Assembly (NCBI GenBank): GCA_913057775.1
Contig: CAJXOG010000010.1
Coordinates: forward strand, 40,523-104,522
Direction: 5' to 3'
Length of the DNA: 64,000 nt
Source of the DNA: an uncultured Fodinibius sp.
GTDB lineage: Bacteria > Bacteroidota > Rhodothermia > Balneolales > Balneolaceae
Both the position numbers and the translations under genes were made by a program. Every line of letters begins with the position of its first letter. Position 1 is the first letter of the stretch. Positions 39,463 through 49,040 of the stretch are shown here, one piece after another. A model generated the notes under the pieces. It saw nothing but the letters and a program-made list of their open reading frames with translations, did not search any database and was not told the origin of the DNA.

Positions 39463-39605
39463 GGTATTGTTGTTTAATTAATCATAACCAATAACTAAAA
39501 TAACACGATTAAATGAATTTTACCGAATTGCTCTATTTAAGTCTACAAAACCTCTATCCATTTTTAAAACGGATTGGCGAAACGGGTAGTATATATTGCA
39601 ATATT

Positions 39606-41465
39606 TTATTTTGACTGCTCAGGGCCAGAAGCGTCAATAGAGGTAGTTTCCTGCTTTATTTGTTGTCGGATTTCATCATCCAGATAGATATAAAATGCCT
39701 GATCGCCATTGGTGGGGGAGGGAGGATTGTCAATTGTATAGGGACGAATCTCGTTGTTAGAGGTGATTAAAAAAAGCGGGATATATTGCTCTCCAATTTG
39801 CTCTTCAAATTCAGTTGCAGGATTTTCCTCATTAAATTGCATCGATTGGATTGCTGTATGTTTTGAAAAGAAACGTGATAAATTTTCAAAATTTAAACGT
39901 TCATGAAACAAAATTCGCCCACTTAGGTGACTCGTTACATCTTTATTTTCCATCTGTCCCTGTGTATTGGGGGCAAGCTGAAAAACGTGGGACCGACCGA
40001 ATATTTCTCCAAATCGAAGGGCGGCAAGTGAGTTTGTTTCATCATTGGGCGTTAAAGAAATCATTCGTCCAACGCCATCAAGATTTAATTCTTCTAATGC
40101 AAATTCTGATAGGATATTTCCGTGGTATGTTTTAAGTCCCTTAGATCTGGCACGGCTAATATTTTTCCAGTTCGAATCTGCAACTAGCACTTTAAACCCT
40201 TCATCTTTAATTGCTTTCGCAATTTTCAATGCCCAGCTGTGGGCACCAAGAATTAAAAGTCCATTTGGCACAGGTTTAGCAACACCTAACTTGCGGGCTA
40301 CCCATGCAGCGGGGAGACCGTAAATAGTGACTGTGCCGATAATTACAAGAAAAACAATAGGCACCAGCTGGTCGGCATGTTCAAAACCATTTTGAGCTAA
40401 ATTTATCGCAAAAATAGAAGAGATAGACGCCGCTACAACACCACGAGGTGCCATCCAGCACAGGAAAAGTTTTTCACGCCAATTGATATCTGCAAAGTAT
40501 GTAGAAATGTACACGCCAATTGGTCGTGCAATAAGAATGAGAATAGCAAGAAAGGCTGCGAGGCTCCAGCTTAAATTTTGGATTAAACTGCTTAACTCTA
40601 CCCGTGCTGCCAGAAGTATAAATAGAGCAGACAGCAGGAGTACTCGCAAGTTTTCTTTGAATTCTGTGATGTGATGAATACGAGCTGTTTTTTGATTTGC
40701 TAATGCGATACCCATTAAGGTAGTAGCCCAGAGACCCGATTCATGTTGAAGCATATTCGAAATGGTAAATACGGTGACAACGACCATAAGATTTACCGGG
40801 TTCTGCAGGTAATCGGGAAGAAGGTGACGCTTTAGTAAAAAATAGATCAACGCAGCTCCCCCCAAACCTACCAGTGTACCAAATAAAATTGTTTTCATGA
40901 TACTCATAACGGCAACACTGGTGGCGGCAGAAAAACTGGTACTTAAAATTACTTCAAAGACAAGAACAGCAAGCATGGCTCCGATGGGATCAATGACAAT
41001 GCCTTCCCATTTAAGAATAGAACCTACCTGCCCAGAGGGACGAACCTGACGAAGTAAGGGAATAATAACGGTGGGTCCGGTAACTACAAGAATGGCTCCG
41101 AGCAGTATGGCGAGTTCCCAGTCGAATACAAATAGGTAGTAAGCCGAAACGGCGGTAATGCCCCAAGTTAAGACCACTCCTATACTTACCAAGTTACCAA
41201 CAGTACTGCCAATATCTTTAAGTTCAGAAAAACGAAGGCTTAAGCCTCCTTCGAAAAGGATAATAGCAACAGATACAGAAATAAAAGGCGAAAGCAGATC
41301 ACCCATTAATTGGTCTGGATCAAGAAGTCCAAAGACCGGTCCTGCAAGAACTCCGCTGATAAGCAATAGGAGAATAGCGGGTAACTTAAAGCGCCATGCA
41401 ACCCACTGTGCACCAATACCAAACAGTAGAATACTTGTTATACCAATTAAGAGATGTTCGCCCAT
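39606..41465 (-). CDS. CPA1-family cation:proton antiporter with C-terminal TrkA-N/RCK-like domain
   Basis: 619 aa. About 12 TM helices form a Na_H_exchanger-type core (FEGGLSLRF..., APRGVVAAS). The cytoplasmic tail LLILGAHSWALKIAKAIKDEGFKVLVADSN resembles a Rossmann/RCK_N fold with a degenerate glycine motif. Confidence 0.75.
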   Translation of the reverse strand: MGEHLLIGITSILLFGIGAQWVAWRFKLPAILLLLISGVLAGPVFGLLDPDQLMGDLLSPFISVSVAIILFEGGLSLRFSELKDIGSTVGNLVSIGVVLTWGITAVSAYYLFVFDWELAILLGAILVVTGPTVIIPLLRQVRPSGQVGSILKWEGIVIDPIGAMLAVLVFEVILSTSFSAATSVAVMSIMKTILFGTLVGLGGAALIYFLLKRHLLPDYLQNPVNLMVVVTVFTISNMLQHESGLWATTLMGIALANQKTARIHHITEFKENLRVLLLSALFILLAARVELSSLIQNLSWSLAAFLAILILIARPIGVYISTYFADINWREKLFLCWMAPRGVVAASISSIFAINLAQNGFEHADQLVPIVFLVIIGTVTIYGLPAAWVARKLGVAKPVPNGLLILGAHSWALKIAKAIKDEGFKVLVADSNWKNISRARSKGLKTYHGNILSEFALEELNLDGVGRMISLTPNDETNSLAALRFGEIFGRSHVFQLAPNTQGQMENKDVTSHLSGRILFHERLNFENLSRFFSKHTAIQSMQFNEENPATEFEEQIGEQYIPLFLITSNNEIRPYTIDNPPSPTNGDQAFYIYLDDEIRQQIKQETTSIDASGPEQSK

Positions 41466-41720
41466 GAATTGCGAGGAATAATTTTTGATTGTTCTAAAAG
41501 GTGAAAATCTATAAATGAGGTGTTAGAAACAAAATTATTCCATATTTCTTATTGAGTTATATATGAAGACATGTTCTTTGTTTAAAACAAGTAGGGAATG
41601 GAGCTTTCAAATATTACTATAGAATTAAAAATATTTAAAAACCGCTCTAATAATTTTAGGAATAATACAATCCTTGTATTTTAGTGTTCCCAATTAATAT
41701 AAACTGTCAAACAAAGACTG

Positions 41721-41972
41721 ATGAACAGCCAAATAAAAAATAAACTTATCGCAGAATTTGCTTGGTTGTTCGGAATTATTATCGTATCAGCTGCATTGGA
41801 GTATACTATTATCGTATTTTTTAACCTACATCCGATATTAAGTGTTAAGATACAGGGATTTATCGGTCTTGTTGTAGTCGCATATATCATTCGCATGGTA
41901 GCCCGTATGGGTAAACAGGGAATTATTTCTTTTGAGGATGAGGGACAGGAAGAACCCGGTGAACGGGGATAA
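41721..41972 (+). CDS. small hypothetical membrane protein (2 predicted TM helices)
   Basis: 83 aa with two hydrophobic stretches (FAWLFGIIIVSAALEYTIIVFF; FIGLVVVAYIIRMV) and an acidic tail. It lies just upstream of the permease genes on the same strand. Confidence 0.4.
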   Translation: MNSQIKNKLIAEFAWLFGIIIVSAALEYTIIVFFNLHPILSVKIQGFIGLVVVAYIIRMVARMGKQGIISFEDEGQEEPGERG

Positions 41973-42043
41973 CACATCTCAATAGATCATAATTAATAAG
42001 CTGTTTTTCAATTCTGAATAGCTAAAACCACAATTATTTTACT

Positions 42044-44170
42044 TTGGCAGAACTGAAAGATTCCAAAAAACTTAATAAAACACTTGGAGCATTTGATGTA
42101 TTCGCAATAGCAACGGGAGCTATGTTTAGTTCCGGTTTGTTTTTGTTGCCGGGCTTGGCTGCAAGCGTTACAGGGCCATCGGTGTTCCTGGCTTATCTGG
42201 TTTCGGGTATATTAGTATTACCCACTATGTTGAGTAAGGCAGAGCTTGGGACGGCTTTTCCCCGGGCTGGCGGCACTTATTATATTATTGATCGTACTTT
42301 AGGCCCATTGATGGGGAGCATTGGTGGATTTGGTTCGTGGTTATCCCTGGTTTTCAAGAGTGCTTTTGCACTCATCGGAATGGGTGCATATATATCGATC
42401 TTTTTTGATGTGCCTATAACACCGATTGCGATTATTCTCACTATTGCCTTTGGTGCACTTAATGTTTTTGGCGCAAAAGAAACAAGTAAGCTGCAGAATA
42501 TCCTTGTTATCACTCTGCTCTCGGTTATGGCTTTTTACCTGGTACAAGGGTTTTCGCACCTTTTTTCTTTAAGCATGTTGGATATCCATCGAGAGAAGTT
42601 TACCCCCTTTTTTAAGGATGGGATGCAAGGTTTCTTTGCTACGGTAGGGATGGTTTTTGTCTCTTATGCCGGGCTTACTAAGGTTGTAAGTGTGGCAGAA
42701 GAGGTTGAAGATCCGGATAAAAATATACCGCGGGGAATGTTTTTGTCGATACTAACCGCCATTGTAGTATATGTTGCCGGCGTAATTTTGATGACATCCG
42801 TATTGGAGCCTGAAGCTTTTTATCAGGATTTAACTCCTGTTGCCACCGCCGGTAATGTGTTTTTAGATTGGCTGCCGGGAGATACAGGCCTTATTTTAGT
42901 GGTTATTGCTGCCATTGCTGCATTTGCCTCCACCGGTAATGCCGGTATTATGTCGGCCTCTCGATTCCCATTGGCTATGGCCCGTGATAAGTTGGTTCAC
43001 GCTAACTTTTCGAAGTTAGGTAAGTTCGATACTCCCGTCTATTCTATCGTTGCTACGACTGGGATGATGATATTTTTACTATTGGTCTTTAATGTTAAAG
43101 AAGTGGCCAAGCTGGCCAGTGCTTTTAAGTTACTGTTGTTTGGGCTCCTCAACTTGGCTGTTATTGTGATGCGGGAAAGCCAAATTGAAGAGTATGATCC
43201 CGGCTATAAGTCACCGTTTTATCCCTGGGTGCAAATGCTGGGTATGTTAACGTCGGGGCTGCTGATTTTCGAGATGGGGCTTCTGTCTATCTTGTTTACG
43301 GTAGCTATCACCATTCTGTCGGTAGCCTGGTATTATTATTATGCCTATGGTGAGATTGATCGGCAGGGAGCTATATTTCATGTGCATGAGCGATTGGGAC
43401 AATATAAAGATCGCGGTCTTGAGCATGAGATGCGCCACATTTTACAGGAGAAAGGTTTGCGCGACGAAGATCCATACGAGCTGGTTGTTAGTAAGGCTAC
43501 AATCTTTGATGTGACTGATGATCAGATATCCTACGAAGATATTGTGGAAAAAGCCTGTACCACCCTGTCAACAAAAGTGAGTATGAAGAAAGAAGAGTTA
43601 ATTAAAGCATTCCAAAATGAAGATGATTTTGGAGCACTTTCGATCGGAAATGGAGCTGCGTTAAATCATACAAGAATACCTGTTGAGTCAGAGCCGGAGT
43701 TGTTTATAGTGCGAATAAAAGACGGGTTGGTTACACGAGACACCTGTTTTGAGGATAATGGCAAAGATGAGGAGAAGCATAAGTTTTATGCCCTGTTCTT
43801 TTTAGTCAGCTCAGAAAAGGATGCTACGCAGCACCTGCGATTTTTGGCGCATATGGCTGAAATGATTGATCAGAAGAATTTTTTTGAACGCTGGGTTTCA
43901 GCAAAAGATGAAGCAGAGCTTCGGGAAGTATTACTACGGAACGAACGGTTTATCAATATTTATGTTCGTTCAGATGATAAAACAGCCAAGTTGATTGGAA
44001 AGAAAATATATGAGGTAGATCTGCCCGGAGAAAGCCTTGTGGCCATATTGGAAAGAGGGGAAAGTGTTAATATTCCCCATGGCAATACTGAAATCCGCGA
44101 GGGAGATAAATTGTCTATCATTGGCCAAACAGAGGATATTGAGGAGATAAAAGAACTCAAAAATAAATAG
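42044..44170 (+). CDS. APC-superfamily permease fused to PTS EIIA(Ntr)-like and TrkA-C (RCK_C) domains
   Basis: 708 aa with a TTG start. About 440 aa form a 12-TM amino-acid-permease-like core. An EIIA-2-like segment follows (FGALSIGNGAALNHTRI ... FYALFFLVSSEKDATQHLRFLAHMAEMI ... AELREVLL) that parallels PtsN GIGNGIAIPHG ... LLFALLVP...HL..L. Its His codon is at 43667..43669. The C-terminus is RCK_C-like (KLIGKKIYEVDLPGESLVAILERGESVNIPHGNTEIREGDKLSIIG). Confidence 0.75.
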   Translation: MAELKDSKKLNKTLGAFDVFAIATGAMFSSGLFLLPGLAASVTGPSVFLAYLVSGILVLPTMLSKAELGTAFPRAGGTYYIIDRTLGPLMGSIGGFGSWLSLVFKSAFALIGMGAYISIFFDVPITPIAIILTIAFGALNVFGAKETSKLQNILVITLLSVMAFYLVQGFSHLFSLSMLDIHREKFTPFFKDGMQGFFATVGMVFVSYAGLTKVVSVAEEVEDPDKNIPRGMFLSILTAIVVYVAGVILMTSVLEPEAFYQDLTPVATAGNVFLDWLPGDTGLILVVIAAIAAFASTGNAGIMSASRFPLAMARDKLVHANFSKLGKFDTPVYSIVATTGMMIFLLLVFNVKEVAKLASAFKLLLFGLLNLAVIVMRESQIEEYDPGYKSPFYPWVQMLGMLTSGLLIFEMGLLSILFTVAITILSVAWYYYYAYGEIDRQGAIFHVHERLGQYKDRGLEHEMRHILQEKGLRDEDPYELVVSKATIFDVTDDQISYEDIVEKACTTLSTKVSMKKEELIKAFQNEDDFGALSIGNGAALNHTRIPVESEPELFIVRIKDGLVTRDTCFEDNGKDEEKHKFYALFFLVSSEKDATQHLRFLAHMAEMIDQKNFFERWVSAKDEAELREVLLRNERFINIYVRSDDKTAKLIGKKIYEVDLPGESLVAILERGESVNIPHGNTEIREGDKLSIIGQTEDIEEIKELKNK

Positions 44171-44327
44171 TTAACCCCGATGTCTGGGAACCGATAACAG
44201 ATTAAGTAAGTCTTGTATTCAATATTGATATTCTTTCAATAAAACAGAGAAGAAGTTTTTTTAAGAAAATGGCTTATTTTCTTAAACTCTGAATTAAAAT
44301 TTAATAACCGTTTTAATCTAAAAGAGC

Positions 44328-46451
44328 ATGCAGCACGAAAAACTGGAAAAGCAACTTGGGTTGTGGGATGTATATGCAATCGCTACGGGAGCAATGTTTA
44401 GTTCCGGATTTTTTCTATTACCGGGTATTGCTGCAGCAATAACAGGTCCATCGGTGTTTATTGCATATTTTGTTTCAGGGCTTCTTGTTTTACCGACTAT
44501 GTTTAGTGTAGCAGAGTTAGCTACGGCTATGCCTAAAGCAGGGGGGACGTATTACATTATTGATCGGAGCCTTGGACCCGTGATGGGTACCATTGGCGGC
44601 TACGGTTCTTGGTTGGCCCTAGTGTTAAAAAGTGCATTTGCGTTGATCGGAATGGGCGCTTATATCTCCATTTTTATCGACCTTCCCATTTTGCCGGTAG
44701 CAATAGTATTGACCGTTGTTTTTGGTGTCTTGAATATTTTTGGGGCTAAGGAGACTACTGCCCTGCAGAAAGTATTGGTTGCCGCCCTGATAAGTATCAT
44801 GACCTTTTATATTGCCCAGGGATTATTCTCCGTTTTCTCTGCTGATTTCTTTGAAGTTACCCGTAATCAGTTCACACCACTTTTTATTGATGGGGCCACT
44901 GGTTTTTGGGCTACAGTAGGGATGGTTTTTGTATCCTATGCCGGACTCACAAAAGTTGCTAGTGTGGCTGAGGAGGTAAGAAATCCCGATAAAAATATTC
45001 CGTGGGGTATGTTCCTCTCTATCATGTCGGCCATATTCGTGTATGTAGCCGGGGTATTTATCATGGTTTCAGTGTTAGATCCCAGTGAATTTCGTGAAGA
45101 TCTTACTCCCGTTGCTACGGCCGGAGAAGCTTTTATGAGTTGGTTGCCGGGAGATCTGGGTATCATACTTGTTGTAATAGCTGCGGTAGCCGCATTTGCC
45201 TCTACCGGAAATGCGGGCATCATGTCGGCCTCAAGATATCCCTTGGCAATGGCCCGAGACAAGCTTATTGACAACCGGTTTTCAAAAATTGGTACAAAGG
45301 GTACTCCTGTGATTGCCATTATTGCTACTGTTCTGTTGATGATTTTCTTTCTCGTAGCTTTTAATGTTGCCCAAGTAGCGAAGTTGGCCAGTGCTTTTCA
45401 GCTACTTTTGTTTGGATTACTGAACTTGGCCGTAATTGTAATGCGTGAAAGTAAAATTGAGGAATATGATCCTGGTTTTAACTCACCGTTTTATCCTTGG
45501 GTGCAGATTATTGGGATGATTCTCTCGGCTGTTCTTATTCTGGAAATGGGTCTCCTATCAATTCTCTTTACCCTGGTAGTGAGTATTTTTAGTATAGGAT
45601 GGTTTTATTACTATGCATACGGTAAGATCGATCGCGAAGGGGCTATCTTTCATGTAACGGCTCGTCTGGGTAAACGCAAAGATCATGGATTGGAGCGAGA
45701 AATGCGGGGCATACTTCGGGAGAAGGGGCTTCGTGAAGAAGATCCTTATGAACATGTAGTGGCCAGTGCTGCGGTTATTGATGAGCCAAATAAAGAGCTG
45801 AGTTATAAGACGATTATCAAACAGGCTTCAGATATTTTGGCTGATCGGTTGGATATGAATCAGGGATTTCTTGTCAATAGCTTTTGCAAGGCTCAGGATA
45901 TGGGAACAATACCGCTCGGCAATAGCACAGTTATTAATCATATTCGAGTTGATGAAGACTTCGAGCCACAGATGGTACTGGTGCGTATTCCGGAAAGTAT
46001 TGCTGTTTCTACCGAGGGATTTGAAGTGCTTGATGAGGATGAAACAGGAGAAGTTGAAAACTTGTGTGCAATGATCTTCTTGGTAAGTTCATCTGAGAAC
46101 TCTAGTCAGCACTTGCGACTAATTGCACACTTAGCTGAGATGATTGACAGTAGACACTTTATTGAGCGATGGAAAAGTGCGGACAATGAATCAGAGTTGC
46201 GAGAAATTCTTCTTAGGGATGAACGCTTTATCAATATTACGATCAGTAGAAGTAATGAAACTCAAAAGCTTATTGGCAAAAAGATCATGGAGATTGATCT
46301 GCCCGGTGAAAGTCTTATTACGATTCTGAAGCGAAATGGTAAAATCAAGATACCGCACGGAAATACTGTCTTAGAAGAAGATGATGAGATATCTATTATC
46401 GGAGAGGTGGAAGATATAGGGGAGATTAGAAAATGGCGTAAGTCAGAATAA
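44328..46451 (+). CDS. APC-superfamily permease fused to PTS EIIA(Ntr)-like and TrkA-C (RCK_C) domains (tandem paralog)
   Basis: 707 aa and collinear with the upstream paralog over its full length. The EIIA-like motif is IPLGNSTVINHIRV with the His codon at 45939..45941. The RCK_C tail is KLIGKKIMEIDLPGESLITILKRNGKIKIPHGNTVLEEDDEISIIG. Confidence 0.75.
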   Translation: MQHEKLEKQLGLWDVYAIATGAMFSSGFFLLPGIAAAITGPSVFIAYFVSGLLVLPTMFSVAELATAMPKAGGTYYIIDRSLGPVMGTIGGYGSWLALVLKSAFALIGMGAYISIFIDLPILPVAIVLTVVFGVLNIFGAKETTALQKVLVAALISIMTFYIAQGLFSVFSADFFEVTRNQFTPLFIDGATGFWATVGMVFVSYAGLTKVASVAEEVRNPDKNIPWGMFLSIMSAIFVYVAGVFIMVSVLDPSEFREDLTPVATAGEAFMSWLPGDLGIILVVIAAVAAFASTGNAGIMSASRYPLAMARDKLIDNRFSKIGTKGTPVIAIIATVLLMIFFLVAFNVAQVAKLASAFQLLLFGLLNLAVIVMRESKIEEYDPGFNSPFYPWVQIIGMILSAVLILEMGLLSILFTLVVSIFSIGWFYYYAYGKIDREGAIFHVTARLGKRKDHGLEREMRGILREKGLREEDPYEHVVASAAVIDEPNKELSYKTIIKQASDILADRLDMNQGFLVNSFCKAQDMGTIPLGNSTVINHIRVDEDFEPQMVLVRIPESIAVSTEGFEVLDEDETGEVENLCAMIFLVSSSENSSQHLRLIAHLAEMIDSRHFIERWKSADNESELREILLRDERFINITISRSNETQKLIGKKIMEIDLPGESLITILKRNGKIKIPHGNTVLEEDDEISIIGEVEDIGEIRKWRKSE

Positions 46452-46532
46452 GGATGATGAAAATTCTATTATCCTACAATTGCGCAAAATGTTATATTCA
46501 ACAACTAAATTTTAAAGCAAAACAATAGGAAA

Positions 46533-47891
46533 GTGACAGATAATAGCAACGGTTTAACACAAAAAATTAAGAGTTTTTTCCAAAGAGACTCAGCGGCAGG
46601 TATGATGCTTTTGTATGCTACCATACTTGCCTTGGTTGTGGCAAATAGCCCGCTTTATGAATGGTATCATCATTTCTTGGAGCTTCATATCTCTATAGGG
46701 GTTGGAGATCTAATGATTGATGAATCAGTTCACCATTGGATTAATGATGGATTGATGGCCGTATTTTTCCTGCTCGTTGGGTTAGAGATTAAACGTGAGC
46801 TAAAATATGGAGAGCTTTCAACCGTTCAGTCCGCTTTATTGCCGGCTGTAGCTGCAGTTGGGGGAGCCGCATTGCCGGCGTTAATGTTCTGGGGTTTAAA
46901 TGCAGGAACGGGCTATATGGATGGCTGGGCGATTCCAATGGCTACAGATATTGCTTTTGTAATTGGTATTGTAGCGCTGCTTGGTTCTCGGGTTCCGGTT
47001 TGGGCGAAGGTGTTTGTAACAGCTATTGCGGTAGTGGATGATCTGATTGCCGTTTTGGTCATTGCCTTTTTCTATACGGAATCCATAAGTATGATAGCCT
47101 TGGGCATTGCCGGTGTTTGTTTCCTCATTTTGATGCTGTTCAATTATCGCGGAGTTCATAAAATTTCTCCCTATATGATTATAGGATTTATCATGTGGTG
47201 GGCCGTACTTAAATCCGGTGTTCACGCAACCATTGCCGGAGTAATGCTTGGTTTTGTGATGCCGGCAAGCCGTGGATGGAGTCTGGAGCGTTTGAAAGAG
47301 TATGCCCAAGAAGGCTTTGACCTGTTTAAACAGGCTGAAGACGACGATATGCCTGTAACTAAAGAACAGGCACTGCATCATATGGAAGAAACAGTGGAAC
47401 ATGCTGAATCGCCGCTACACCGATTGGAGCATAAATTACACTTCTCGGTGTATTTCCTGATTATGCCAATATTTGCTTTTGCCAATGCCGGTGTTGTTTT
47501 TGATCCCGAAGTAATGGGCCATGCATTTGTTTCTACCTTAACATGGGGTATTGCAATTGGATTATTTGTGGGTAAGCAGGTAGGCATATTAGGATTTACC
47601 TGGATTCTCACGAAATTAGGGTTTACTGATTTGGCTGACAACAAGGAAACCTGGAAAGTGGTATATGGCGTCGCGCTGCTTGCCGGAATCGGATTTACGA
47701 TGTCACTTTTTATTGCTAACCTCTCGTTTGAGGCAGGATCAGAAGTTCTTGAATTTGGAAAGGTGGGAATTTTAATTGGTTCTCTTGCCAGTGGTCTGTT
47801 GGGTTATTACTTCCTGAGCCGACGTCCGGATTATGGTGCAGAAACACAACAGCCCTACGATGTACCTGAAGGAAACGAAGTGACTTCTTAA
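46533..47891 (+). CDS. nhaA: Na+/H+ antiporter NhaA
   Basis: 452 aa with a GTG start. It has the hallmark WINDGLMAVFFLLVGLEIKRE and AIPMATDIAF (the DD-motif region is ...AVVDDLIAV). Confidence 0.9.
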   Translation: MTDNSNGLTQKIKSFFQRDSAAGMMLLYATILALVVANSPLYEWYHHFLELHISIGVGDLMIDESVHHWINDGLMAVFFLLVGLEIKRELKYGELSTVQSALLPAVAAVGGAALPALMFWGLNAGTGYMDGWAIPMATDIAFVIGIVALLGSRVPVWAKVFVTAIAVVDDLIAVLVIAFFYTESISMIALGIAGVCFLILMLFNYRGVHKISPYMIIGFIMWWAVLKSGVHATIAGVMLGFVMPASRGWSLERLKEYAQEGFDLFKQAEDDDMPVTKEQALHHMEETVEHAESPLHRLEHKLHFSVYFLIMPIFAFANAGVVFDPEVMGHAFVSTLTWGIAIGLFVGKQVGILGFTWILTKLGFTDLADNKETWKVVYGVALLAGIGFTMSLFIANLSFEAGSEVLEFGKVGILIGSLASGLLGYYFLSRRPDYGAETQQPYDVPEGNEVTS

Positions 47892-47916
47892 TTTCTTACT
47901 TTACAAAATAATAGTT

Positions 47917-47946
47917 AAAAAGGCGGCCTTCAGGGTCGCCTTTTTT
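47917..47946. terminator. bidirectional rho-independent terminator
   Basis: AAAAAGGCGGCC-ttcag-GGTCGCCTTTTTT forms an 8-bp GC-rich stem with one G-T pair. It is flanked by an A-run and a T-run, between the nhaA stop (+) and the stop of the 48018 gene (-). Confidence 0.75.
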
Positions 47947-48017
47947 AATTTGAACACTTATTGAATAATTATTGGCTCGTACTCCTTAAAGAAATGCGTA
48001 AGCTTTGGAGGTTCAGA

Positions 48018-49025
48018 CTATTTGGTGATTTTGGGATTGTCAATAGATCCTTGTAGCTGAATAGTAATTCCCTCCTTGGATTTAGGGAGGGAGATGGATA
48101 AGAGTTGTTCGATGTTGTTTAATACGTTTCCGAATCTTTCCGAAAAATCAGAGAGTGAAATCTTCATATTTTGAAGTTCGGAATCTTGTAAGGGATTTTT
48201 AAGAATAATATTTCCCCGGCTGGTAAGTAAAGCCAACTCCGATTTGACAGTAGACTCAATCTGTAAGGTATCACCAGCTTGAGGTACGGGTTTTGACCGC
48301 AGCTCTGCAGATTGGAAGGGGATGGCATCGGTTGGGTAGCCAAAACCTTTTATAAAGAAACTGTACTTGTTCTGAAATGATTCGGCGGGCGTCCAAAGCA
48401 GGGAATCCAAGCGAATATGATGAGTACCTTCTTTCCAAAAGCTTGTTTGAGTTTTTGAGATAACACCTGAATAGTTCAGTTTTTGAGCTCTGACCTTTGA
48501 TAATAGGCTTTGGGGCACAGAAAATGTGATGTTGCTACCCTGGATTTCAAGAGAGTGATTGGTACCAAAAGATGATCCATTGACAGCACTTTGAATGCCA
48601 TCAAGGGCATTGCCTTGGTAGGCTATGGTAAGTGAATCGGATTTTATCTCTTGACGTTTTTCCTTGTTTGTATATGAGGGAGATTCCGCAGTAATAATTG
48701 CATTATCTAAGTGGTGTAACCCGTATTCAGCTCCCCCAAAATAGATATTGAGGAAATCGAGATAGCCGAGATCGAGCTTGAGTTGTCGGGCCCGTTCAAT
48801 GTGATTGCCAAAAATAATATTTAGGTCACTTACAGTGATATCTGCCGAAAAGGGAGCGATATCTATCTTGGAATACTGAACCGATATCGTATTTGATTGT
48901 CCCGTCTGCTCTTGGATAGCTTTGTTTATTTCCTGCTCAGCTTGTGAGGCCGCAAGGAAATGATAACCGATGATGGCTGCAGCGAAGACCAAGGCACCTA
49001 TGAGATAGTATTTTTTGTTCGTCAT
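48018..49025 (-). CDS. hypothetical membrane-anchored protein
   Basis: 335 aa with a single N-terminal TM helix (YYLIGALVFAAAIIGYHFLAA). The remainder is Ser/Gln/Leu-rich and soluble. No motif was recognised. Confidence 0.5.
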   Translation of the reverse strand: MTNKKYYLIGALVFAAAIIGYHFLAASQAEQEINKAIQEQTGQSNTISVQYSKIDIAPFSADITVSDLNIIFGNHIERARQLKLDLGYLDFLNIYFGGAEYGLHHLDNAIITAESPSYTNKEKRQEIKSDSLTIAYQGNALDGIQSAVNGSSFGTNHSLEIQGSNITFSVPQSLLSKVRAQKLNYSGVISKTQTSFWKEGTHHIRLDSLLWTPAESFQNKYSFFIKGFGYPTDAIPFQSAELRSKPVPQAGDTLQIESTVKSELALLTSRGNIILKNPLQDSELQNMKISLSDFSERFGNVLNNIEQLLSISLPKSKEGITIQLQGSIDNPKITK

Positions 49026-49040
49026 AGGATGCGCCCTGTT

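Noticed and set aside
41681-41977. 98-aa minus-strand ORF overlapping the 83-aa plus-strand membrane ORF
   Set aside because: The plus-strand frame gives two clean TM helices and is co-oriented with the downstream permeases. The minus-strand translation is Cys/Pro/Ser-rich and irregular. Even the plus-strand call has only moderate confidence.
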